DNA of 62,926 nt, the filler included, from Octopus bimaculoides (lineage: Eukaryota): the NCBI RefSeq assembly GCF_001194135.2. It is 7 parts of 7 records of this genome, joined end to end, with 100 filler letters (N's around TTAATTAATTAA, not from the genome) between each part and the next. Parts side by side here need not be neighbours in the genome. Positions count along the whole stretch, not along the records: positions 50,788 to 57,219 come from NC_068984.1; positions 57,320 to 62,926 come from NC_068994.1; 5 more parts are not named here. One strand, 5' to 3'. The stretch's first letter is position 1. Each line of letters begins with the position of its first letter. Shown here one piece after another: positions 52,248-62,926 of the stretch. The position numbers and the translations under genes were made by a program. The notes under the pieces are model-generated. The model ran no database searches, was not told the DNA's origin, and worked only from the letters and a program-made list of their open reading frames with translations.

Positions 52248-52854
52248 GCGAAATTTTCTTCCCACGAGAGTTCCGAACCCCAGTAATGAACTCACTTGCA
52301 TACAGCCAATCAGAGCTCACCTTGAAAATCCACATACTGTGTACTACTACAGTACAGCCACTCAAGAATAGAATAGTGTATGCCACTCTGCGAATACAGC
52401 ATAGCAGGTTTCACATAAGCACCGCATCCACCCCCATCATCCTTATAGACTAATTGAGCACAATCTCTATATGGAGCTAACATTAGGTACTTATGCTCAG
52501 ACTGAGATTAGTGATACAGCAAGTACCCATTGATATATGCAATACAACAACGCCATATTGATTACATCAACGTTTTAAATTAGGAATGTAGAAAATCAGT
52601 CAAAAAATTAAGAAACTACACTCATTTACATTTTCTATTAAATTACGCAAATTAGCAACACTTATGGTATCATCGGTGAGCAGCTTTCCGTTCATTTTAT
52701 ACTCAAAACTTCACATTTGTCACTCCCGTTTAGAACAGTTAGATTTTGCTAACGCACATTTGCCACTGAACTCAGAGTGTTTTCGTGAGACGAGGTGGAC
52801 ACTAGTTTGCTAGTGTCCACCTAGCAAACTCTCGTGGGAAAAAAAAAATTTCGC
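52248..52854. mobile_element. Probable MITE bounded by imperfect inverted repeats
   Basis: GCGAAATTTTCTTCCCACGAGAGTT (52248-52272) is inverted relative to AACTCTCGTGGGAAAAAAAAAATTTCGC (52827-52854). Confidence 0.5.
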
Positions 52855-53326
52855 ATCGAGACGGTGCCACTAAGGTTTTTTTTATTTTTTTTTTTTTTTT
52901 TTTTTTTATTTTTTTTTTTTAGCACAGGCATGGTTGTGTAGTTAAGAAGTTTGCTTTGACACCACGTAGTTTCGAGTTCAGTCTCACAGTGCGGCACCTT
53001 GAGTAAGTATTTTTTACTCTAAACCCGGATCGATCAATGACTTGTGAGTGAATTTGGTGAACGGAAACTCAATGGAAGTCCGTCGAATACATACGTACAC
53101 ACACGCGCGTGCACACGTATGTGTGTGTATGCGTGTGCCTGCACACGTGTTTGAGTATTTGCGTGTGTCTTTGTGTCTGTGCCCCCAACACCGCTTGACA
53201 ACCGGTGCTGGTTTGTTTGCGTCTCTGTAATTTAGCGGTACGACAAAAGGGACGTCTAGTATATGTACCAAACTTAACAAAAAAAAAAACAAAAAAAAAC
53301 AAATAAATAAAATAAATAAATAGATA

Positions 53327-53391
<65 letters not shown>

Positions 53392-55129
53392 GTATTAAGG
53401 TCAATTTGTTTCGGCTAAATCGTTCGATGCATTGCTCAGCACGGCCGCTGCCCAATGACACAAACCAGTTATAACCAAAAGATCACAAATTGAGCAATGA
53501 CAATTTATTTGCTTATTACGCCTCCAGGCACGATAGCATCCATTTTATTATATTCTATGATAATCACTGGCTATATCGCCAGTCATAAAAACAACGAGGC
53601 GACAAAAGCCTATGAAAACGCTCAACTTCTTTACACATTATTATTCGTAGCCAGTAATAAGTCCTTATCTTGTGTTCATATCTAAGTGCTGGTGTTTACT
53701 GCTGGGACGTCAAAATTGAAAGCGATAGAAAATAAGATGAAGGGTTGTAGACATCATTTGGAGCCTCCATAATATTTGTTCTTAATGACACATTCAAGTA
53801 TCCGTGACTGCAACGATGTAACCTAATATCTGTTTTAATGCATTTATAGAATGTTATTAAACTATGCAAGAACACTCTCAGTTTATGTTAGTTTATGTTA
53901 CTGAACAGATACGCATTATCCTACACATGTCCATCCACATGTATATGGATAGATACATACATACATAGATGTATGAACATATAGATAGATAGATAGATAG
54001 ATAGATAGACAAACAGACAGATAGATAGACGGACAGACAGACAGATAGATAGATAGAGAGAGAGAGAGATACATCCATGATGAATCCTCCGTGGGTCTCA
54101 ATGATGAGGAAAACGCAGTCGCTAAACTATTATGTAAGTGGTTAAGCGTATCACAGACACATGATACCAAAATACCGGCTATCTGAAGTGCGGGTTCAAA
54201 TTTTCAGACGAGCTTACACACAATTTGCGTCCAATTAATTCATCTTCTAAATCTTTTCAGTTGACGGGACTTGCCAACCGATGAATTTAATAGACACAGT
54301 TTTTCAATTTACTCACTTGTGCATCACAATTATATAGTTATACATTTAATGATATTTGTCTTAATGAAACAGCCGTTGAGCTGAATTAAGAACATATGAA
54401 ATTTATGCTCAACTGCCTTTAAGCTAAATATGTTGATCTTAAAGATCGTTTCATCCGATTATGTTTACACAAGTCACCCCCACTTGGATTTATTACAATT
54501 TAATAGTCTTTTGAAGTCTAACGACTTGTTATTAATTTACCTCTATTTACCGTGGATTTATTTTTATGTTTCTACATCGAATCTTCTTTCTCCCCCACTT
54601 CTCTCTCTCTCTCTTTCTTTATCACTCTCGTTCTCTTTGTATATATAAATAATGAAGTAGTGAGGTCCAGAATTATTGTAGAATAAGCACTTAGCCTGAA
54701 GCATAGATACGACCTGTATAGATAACATAAAGCAGATATAACTGTGGAATTCGAACTCAGAACGTGACAGCAGACGAAATACCGCTAAGCATTTCGCCCG
54801 GTGTGCTAACGATTCTGCCAACTAGCCATCTTCTGTGTATATATAGCACATTTGTTAGAATCGTTAGAACGCCAGTATATTGTCACGGACTTTTAAAGTC
54901 ATGTCCCGCCTCGTATGACTTCGCCTTCCCTTCTGCTGGGTTCGATAAAATAATATACTGCGGTGAGGAACCAAATATTTAAATCGATTCACAGTATATG
55001 ACTAGCGTATTATTTTATTGATTCTAGAAAAACCTGTATTTCAAAGGACCAGCCTTATCACATTCTGTGTTATGCTGGATTTCCTCACGCGTATCCGTGG
55101 AGTGCTCACCTCTTGCACATTCTGTGAAG

Positions 55130-55460
55130 ATGCATGGTTCAGTGGTTAGAAAATCAGGCTTACAATAGTGAAGTTGTGATTTCGATTCTCGGACCAGGCT
55201 GCCTGATGTGTTCTTGAGCAAGGCACTGCATTTCACGTTGCTCCAGTTCGCTTGGCTGTAGTAACGAGTTGCGACGTCATTAGTGCCAAACTGTATCGGC
55301 ATTCGGCTTTCCTTTGGATAACATTGGTAGCATAGAGAGAGGAGACTGGTATGCATGGGCAACTGCAAGTCTTCCAGGAACAACTTTACCCGGACTTGTG
55401 CCTCGGAGGGGAACTTTCTAGGTGCAATTCCATGGTCATTCACGACCAAAGCGGGTCTTT
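55130..55460 (+). mobile_element. tRNA-derived SINE, family F
   Basis: Matches 12746-13079 in opposite orientation. Confidence 0.7.
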
Positions 55461-56431
55461 TACTTATGTATGTAATCCTCAATATCGGTGCTATTAAACA
55501 ACATATACACACAAATACAATGTATGCGCACAATAACCACACGCATATTAATTTGATCAAATGCAACACTGTTTGATGTTTTGAGTTTGAGACCGACAAA
55601 ACAAAATGAAAGAACTCTTTCTCAAATGTTTATAGCGAAAACATAAATTATTGAACTATCTTCTAAACACTTTAACATGGGTTAATAAAATGAACTAATA
55701 TTTATTTTGAGTGTTATGTAATGTGTTGCTGTTTTTTCTCCTCCTCCTCCTCCTCCTACTCTTCTTCTTTTCTTCTCTTTTTCTTTTTTTTCTCCAGCTC
55801 CTCTTCTTTTTTCTGGTGGTGGTGGTGGTGGTGGTGGTAGTGGTGGTAGTAATGGCGATGGTGTTGGTGATAGCAGCAATGTTTTTGTGACTACTGTTGT
55901 TGTTGTTGTTGTTGCTGTTGAGGAGGAAGGGAAAGAGGAGGAGGAGGAGGAGGAGGAGGGGAAAGAGAAGGCAAAAATAGCAGCTTATAGAAGAGGTGAA
56001 TGAAGACAAAAATGGTGAAAACTGTGAGCAACAGTTGTATTGATGAAAGATGAAATGTAGGAGTGGGTTCGGAATAGGTTAGATGTGTTGATGACAAGCA
56101 ATGGGTGCCGGCTATTTCTTTTTTTTTTTTGAGAGTGGGGAGTGGGTGGGAATTGATGTCAGTAACTGTAAAAGGGTATGTATATTACTACATATCTCGT
56201 CTATGGCAAGTGTTGTTTGCCAATGTTATCAAGATGGAAGATGGATGCTTGTTGATAAACATCGACATGAGGCCAGCTGACATAAGCCGTAGGTGGTTCT
56301 GACAACAACAGTAACAACAATGACGGCGGCAACAACAACAACAACAACAACAACAATAGCAACAACAACAATAGCAACAACAACAATAGCAACAGTAATA
56401 ATACAAGCAGTAATGAGAATGACAAAATTAT

Positions 56432-56770
56432 TCTTTTCTACTATAAGCACAAGGCCCGAAATTTGGGGAGGAGTGGGCCAGTCGATTAAATCGACCCCCG
56501 GACCCCCGTGCGCAACTGGTACTAGATTTATCGACTCCGAAAGGATGAAAAGCAAAGTCGGCCTCGGCGGAATTTGAACTCAGAACGTAAAGACAGACGA
56601 AATACCGCTAAGCATTTCGCCCGGCGTGCTAAAGATTCTTATTTCTTTATTGCCCACAAGGGGCTAAACATAGAGGGGACAAACAAGGACAGACAAAGGG
56701 ATTAAGTCGATTACATCAACCCAGTGCGTAACTGGTACTTAATTTATCGACCCCGAAAGGATGAAAGCGA
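56432..56770 (-). mobile_element. Nested pair of SINE B copies
   Basis: The tail of the second copy begins at 56641, directly after ...TGCTAAAGATTCTT in the head of the first. Confidence 0.8.
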
Positions 56771-57219
56771 CGGAAGAGTAAGAGAGAGATATAGCAGTGA
56801 AGGGGAGAAGCAAGGACAACAGAAGGAAGAAGAAGAGCGAGAGGGGGAGATAGGTAAGAAGAAAGATAGATAGACAAAAAGATAGAGTGCGCGTCAGAAA
56901 TATAAAGTTAAAACTTACTTGCAAATGGAAGCGTAGCGTTCGATAATATAATAATACAAATGATATGTGAGCATATGCATATATACATACATATATGTAC
57001 ATACTTACATCTACATGTATATATAGATGCATATCCGGATACAGGAAGTCAAAAAAACGTGGACAAAAATGGAACGGGAACATAAACAAAGCACAAAAAA
57101 ACGAGTGGCTTCATGCAGGCAAAGCGCAGATTCGATCCTTGATAGCCAAATTTCACTTAACAGTTCAACAGCACATTTCTCACGATATATATATATACAT
57201 ATATATATACGTATATATA

Positions 57220-57319
57220 NNNNNNNNNNNNNNNNNNNNNNNNNNNNNNNNNNNNNNNNNNNNTTAATTAATTAANNNNNNNNNNNNNNNNNNNNNNNNN
57301 NNNNNNNNNNNNNNNNNNN
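57220..57319. other. Artificial 100-bp join
   Basis: TTAATTAATTAA at 57264-57275. Confidence 0.95.
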
Positions 57320-57796
57320 CGGTGTTGTTTGAGGAATATTTGGTTGCTATTTGTTGCAAATCAAGTAAACGGAGCGATAGTGCAACTATATCACAAGGTC
57401 GTAAGGCAGCAGTCAACAAATTGTTGCGTATTAACGAAATTCGCACTTGTTATATTTATATATAATTTCTATTTGCCTGTCGTGGTACTTAAATGAGAAT
57501 GAGATGTAAGGTGACAATGTTTTCGAGATTCCGGTTCGAATTACACGAGTGTTTTTGTTTCACTTTTGACACGTAATACTTAAATAGTGGAGGAGATATG
57601 ATGTTGCTGTGGGCTGGAAGTACGCAAGAAGTTAAAGATCTTTTTACTAAAACACAACCAGGACCCTAAGTAAGGCATGTGTAAAATTTGAATGAAATTG
57701 GTTGTGTAGTTCTGGAGTTTTAGGGATTCACACAGACACAGACACAAACACACAGACACACAGACATACATTCTCAATTTTATATATATATAGAGA
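57320..57796 (-). mobile_element. Helitron-like non-autonomous element, 3' end lost in the gap
   Basis: A|TCTCTATATATATATAAAA 5' end at 57796; subterminal (GACACA)n repeats. Confidence 0.45.
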
Positions 57797-58065
57797 TATT
57801 CTCACACACCAGTGAGAGTGTTTCTAAGTAGTCACCTGGTCTGCTCGTAATAGCAATCAAATTTTCTTCATATCATACCTTTCTGTCATTCACAAAAAAA
57901 AGAGAATGCTACACTAGTTGATGTGTTTCTAGATCCACTATGCCTAGAACAAGAAAAGAAGAATAGAAAAAAAAAACAGAAACAACAGACATGGCTGAAA
58001 TGCTTGTGATGATATGGTAGCAGCAAGAGCAGCAGTAGCAGAATCACCGACAAGAACAACATATA

Positions 58066-58232
58066 CGAAGGAGTGGTGAAAAGTTCCTGGCTTTAAGGGT
58101 ATCGCGAAAGGCCTGGCTGGCGGCCCAACATTCCACCTTCCATTATAGGGCTTACAAAAACTGAAGGACCGCTGCAATAAGTGTATGAATCTGAGAGGGG
58201 AATATGTTGAAAAAAATCCTAATTAACTGATC
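58066..58232 (+). mobile_element. Internally deleted mariner relic
   Basis: TA|CGAAGGAGTGGTGAAAAGTTCCTGG terminal motif joined almost directly to the C-terminal peptide GLQKLKDRCNKCMNLRGEYVEK. Confidence 0.7.
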
Positions 58233-58699
58233 TTTGGGGGAGAAGTCTAGTCGATTAGATTGCTCCATGAGCAACTGGTACTTATGTTATAGACCCTGAA
58301 GGGATGAAATGCAAGGTCAATCTCGGTGAAGCTTGAACTCAAACCGTGAAGATCCGGGAGAAATGCTAAGCATTTTGTCTAATACGCAAACAATTCTGCC
58401 AGCTCGATACCTTTATAACAAACCTTTCTTTTCTAGGTACAAGGCCTCAACATTTCGGTGGGAGGGAGACCCCAGTGCTTAACTGGTACTTATTTTATCG
58501 ACCCCGAAATGATGAAAGACAAAGTCAACCTTGGTAGAATTTGAACTCAGAACGTAAAACCGGAAGACATGCCGCTTAGGATTCTGCTAGCTTGTGACCT
58601 TTCTCTTGTTAAAAAAATGAAAGGGTTTGATATAGACACAAAATAATAATGATAATCAATGTCTTTCTCCTAACGTTGAACTATCGTCATCATTTAGAT

Positions 58700-59133
58700 A
58701 TTGGTTTCGAATTTTGGCGCAAGGCCAGCAATCTTGGGGTAGAGGGTAATTCGATTACTTCGACCCCAGTACTCAACTGGTAATTATTTTATCGACCCGG
58801 GAAAGATGAAAGGCAAAGTTGATCTCGACGGAATTTGAACTCAGAGCGTAAAAAGCAGAGGAAATGCTGCTAGGCGTTTCGCCCTGTGTGCTAACGATTC
58901 TTCTTTCTTAAGTGCCCACAAGGGGCTAACCATAAAGGGGACAAACAAGGACAGACAAACGGATTAAGTCGATTACATCGACCCCAGTGTGTAACTGGTA
59001 CTTAATTTATCGACCCCGGAAGGATGAAAGGCAAAGTCGACCTCGGCGGAATTTGAACTCAGAACGTAACGACCGACGAAATACCGCTAAGCATTTCGCC
59101 CGGCCTGCTAACGTTTCTGCCAGCTCACCGCCT
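58700..59133 (-). mobile_element. Nested pair of SINE B copies
   Basis: Same junction position as 56432-56770 (...TGCTAACGATTCTT followed by the tail). Confidence 0.8.
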
Positions 59134-59843
59134 TGACATCCTTTAAATATTTATTTCTAACATCATTACAGGGTCTCCCTTCAACTTTGGAAGAAAGGGG
59201 TAAAGTCAATTACAGTTCACCCTCCTACCATCCCATCAGAATTTGACTGGTAACTTATTTTATCGACCCAAGAAGGACGAAAATTAAAAGGCTATCTTAG
59301 CGGGTTTTGAAATCAGAATGCGACTAAATACCGCAACACATTTTATTCGACGCAATCTAGAATTATTGCATTTTGGTACTATTTTCTAGTTTTGTGTAAC
59401 TCAAGACTTTCTTCTTGAAATAAAACCATTCTAGACATTAAAGTTTATACTTGGCTTCTACTGGTAATCCATTGTTTCCACTCACTTCTTTCTGGTTAAT
59501 CCAGCGAAGTTTTGACATTTTGTATGCGTGTACAAACAACTAGAAGTTTTTCTTTTCATGCGTTCCAATTTTAGGATCTTCCCACGTCATCTTTGTGACC
59601 ATGTTGAAAACGTTATGTCAACACAGACAATAGACCTGCTTGAAACAACCATCATCAATATCGTCGACGTCGTCGTATTCGTCATCATGATCATCATCAT
59701 CATCTTCATGATCCTCATCGTCATGATGATGATGATGATGATGATGATGATCATCATCATCATCATCATTATCATCTTCGTCTTCATTCTTACCACCACC
59801 ACCACCACCACCACCACCGTCACCACCACCGCCACCGCCACTG

Positions 59844-59917
<74 letters not shown>

Positions 59918-59954
59918 NNNNNNNNNNNNNNNNNNNNNNNNNNNNNNNNNNNNN

Positions 59955-60029
<75 letters not shown>

Positions 60030-60064
60030 ACTACTACTACTATTACTACTACTACTACTACTAA

Positions 60065-61055
60065 CGAATCTAAGGCGGTGAATTGGCAGAATCATTAGCC
60101 CGCCGGAGAAAGTGCTCGGCGGAATTATTGCCGCGTTACGTTCTGAGTTTGAATTCCGCCGAGGTCGATTTTGCCTTTCATCCTTTCTGGGTCGATAAAA
60201 ATAAGTACCAGTTGAGCACAGGGGTTGATACAATCGACTTACCTCCTTCCCACCGAACTTGCTGGCCATGTGCAAAAATTATTACTATTAAGGCGGCGAC
60301 CTGGCAACATCGTTACCGCGCTGGGCCAAATGCTTAGCGGTATTTCGTCCGTCTTTACGTTCTGAGTTCTAATTCTACCGAGGTCGACTTTACTTTTTCA
60401 TCCTTTCGGTGTCGATAAAAAATAAGTACCAGTTACGCACTGGGGTTGATGCAATCGACTTATCTACTCCCCCACGAATTTCAGGCCATGTACCTTTACT
60501 AGAAAGTTTTATTATTATTATTGAGTTAGAGAGCAGCGCATGCCATCAGAGTGACACTGGGGTACAAATATACGAAGCCCAATATACTCGTCATTACTAC
60601 TTGTCTGATAAGGGTACACAACCATATGTAATCGAAATGGTTATCTCGTATCAAGATACCAAGATGAACTTGCAGGTGGGACCCAGTTAGTATTTTCTGT
60701 AGGTCGAGTAGCCCCCATCCCGCTCAAAAGGTCCCTGAATAAGGTTTGTTGAAGGATGATGAATGAAACACCCATGCTTCCAGAGACCAATTATTCAAGT
60801 CTCCAAAAATCCTCTCAACACATGGCTATCATGCTCCGCCACTACTTCTGCTCGTGATCAGAGATGCACATATTGTCAGCCACCAAGGGACATACTCAAA
60901 TGGTTAAGATCAAGCAACTGACAAGCCAATCTGTGGTATTGAGCAGGATATTTACTGTAGCCCATCTTTTATACCAAGACAAAACAATGTACATGGTAGC
61001 ACTTCTAATCAATTAAGATCAGAAGTCATGAGAGCCACTGCCTGGTATTGCATCA
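60065..61055. mobile_element. Two SINE B copies (plus) followed by repeat family E (inverted relative to 6995-7560)
   Basis: Colinear reverse-complement similarity to 7000-7810. Confidence 0.75.
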
Positions 61056-61075
61056 AGGTATTTATTATTATTATT

Positions 61076-61198
61076 GTTCAGTAGTTTTATTTTTATAACG
61101 TGCTTTCACTTCACTACCGAGCGCAGCTCTGTGTGCCTTGGGTATGTGCTGTGGTTTGCCGTGATGCTCTTATGATTACTGTATTGAAAGTGTTTTGC

Positions 61199-61202
<4 letters not shown>
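61076..61202 (-). mobile_element. 5'-truncated R4/Dong-like LINE 3' end embedded in (TAA)n
   Basis: The minus strand reads IRKTLSIQ* followed by a short UTR, flanked by (TAA)n on both sides. The family assignment is from my recollection of R4/Dong C-termini. Confidence 0.5.
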
Positions 61203-61259
<57 letters not shown>

Positions 61260-61612
61260 CATTATTATTATTATTATTAACATTATTATTATTATTATTA
61301 CTATCAGGAATGGAGGAGAATTAAACTTTTCGTACTGTGGTATTTCTGCAAGACTAGTGACGCAGAAATATAAGAAAGAAAACAGGCTAATTGAAAAACA
61401 GCATACATCGAAAACAACATGATGAATACAGGATGCATCTGTGTGTGTATGGTAATGGAGGAACGGGAGATATGCGAGGAAGCTAAAGGAGAGAAAGTAA
61501 TGTCAGGAACGCAATTTCTTCTAACATTGGATGATCTGGTGAGATTTCATTTTATGCAATATAGCAATAATTATATTGCATAACATGCCAATATAATTGT
61601 ATACAATGCCAG

Positions 61613-61703
61613 CTGTGTAACTTTCTGTGTATTGACGAAATTGGTTGGTATCTGGTCGAGCCTTTCAGAGAATACGCCCAACGCAACTCTGCCGATAATT
61701 CAG
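61613..61703 (+). other. Candidate orphan coding exon (91 nt)
   Basis: GCCAG acceptor, CAG|GTATTT donor, open frame LCNFLCIDEIGWYLVEPFREYAQRNSADNS. No family recognised. Confidence 0.3.
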
Positions 61704-62605
61704 GTATTTAACTTGTTACAATTCTCCAAGCTTCACATCATGCATCTTGCTGTTTATACTATTGTTACAACACTACGGGTCATCCATCTGTCGCACTGTG
61801 AACAACGATATACTTTAAGGCTAAGTACAATCCATCCACCTAAGATTAATTATCGTGTTCCCTACTCTAATAACATTGCTTTTCTCCTTAACCCTTTACC
61901 TGTCCAAAGCATTCTCATAAAGGTGTTCTAAACGCCCCTGCTTGTTTTCAGACTTTTAGTTAGCCGTGTTTCATAACGTTCTAAGTAATGTAAAGCTTCC
62001 CTTTCACATGTCCCAAGGCGAAAAAAATTGGGGCTGTACATGATATACGATGGTATGGACACCAGGGAAATACGCCCTGTGTATCACTACATGTGATGCA
62101 CATCCCAAACCGATAAACACCTTCGAGTTCACATCACCCACACACACACACACATACACACACACACACATTATTATGCCATATTCATACTATACACACT
62201 ACTCAGACATTCTGACGCTCATATACACACTTCCCAGTACACATGTACGCACACATCAGCATCATCTGGTCGGGCATCGTGCTTGAACCAATGTTACTCT
62301 TTCACGCCAGACATACTGACTGAGCGATGAGTTATGAATGTCTAACATGGGTATTGGTCTTGCAAGATTTTAGATTCTTCCACGTATTCTTAACATGGAA
62401 ATAAATGATAAACATGGAATAACATGGAAATAGATGATAAAAATAATCACCGTTAGTTCCACAACCATTCAACTCAGCCCCTGTTTTATTTCCTGTGTGC
62501 AGGCTGGTTTGCAATTCGCTGTAAGTAAATGTTCCATCGTTAATCTTTTTTGTTTTTTGTGGAATCCTCTATAGAATATTGAAGCTGTCAACTATTTTCC
62601 TATCT

Positions 62606-62647
<42 letters not shown>

Positions 62648-62791
62648 GTATGTGTGTATGTGCATGTGTGTGTACTGGCAGACAACATTCTTAAATTATA
62701 TATATATATAGTTCAAATTTACAGAAAAACAAAAGACGAAGACAGGTGTATAAACAACAAGCAAGTTTGATGCTCGGGAAGGTGAGAAAGT

Positions 62792-62827
62792 CTTTTACGT
62801 TTCGAGCCTACGTTCTTCAACAGAAAG
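62792..62827 (-). ncRNA. Degenerate minimal hammerhead-ribozyme-like motif of Penelope-like-element type
   Basis: Minus strand CUUU-CUGUUGA-A-GAAC(GUAG)GCUC-GAAACGUA-AAAG: stem I CUUU/AAAG, stem II with one mismatch, palindromic ACGU stem III. Core A6 is changed to U. Confidence 0.5.
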
Positions 62828-62926
62828 GAACACGAGGAAATAAATAGAGAGAGAATAAAAAAAACTTGTATATGTAGAGTAAAGTACTCTAGGGTACTGT
62901 TACTGAATGTCTCTCGTTGAGAGATT

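Overview
This is repeat- and microsatellite-rich animal genomic DNA, most likely a coleoid cephalopod (octopus), inferred from the tRNA-SINE families, RTE tails and (CA)n/(TA)n/(AAT)n/(GAT)n density. The window is not one contiguous molecule. Six identical 100-bp spacers (44 N + TTAATTAATTAA + 44 N) split it into seven pieces, so adjacency across them is unproven. Two host genes are supported, both on the minus strand: a complete two-exon PLD6/Zucchini (mitoPLD; 25691-26150 joined to 19750-20006, 238 aa, intact HKD motif) and the first coding exon of AMDHD2 (GlcNAc-6-phosphate deacetylase; 11010-11229). The rest is decayed or non-autonomous mobile DNA: an RTE LINE with an internal PHD-type finger, several Tc1/mariner relics, Helitron-like and piggyBac-like non-autonomous elements, an R4/Dong-like 3' end, several SINE families and a Penelope-type hammerhead-like motif. 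Almost all ORFs in the supplied track are simple-repeat or N artefacts. The most interesting testable idea is that AMDHD2 takes its first exon or promoter from just upstream of PLD6, which would make PLD6 nested or co-promoted. This is inference and depends on the join at 17700-17799. I found no clearly new biological system.
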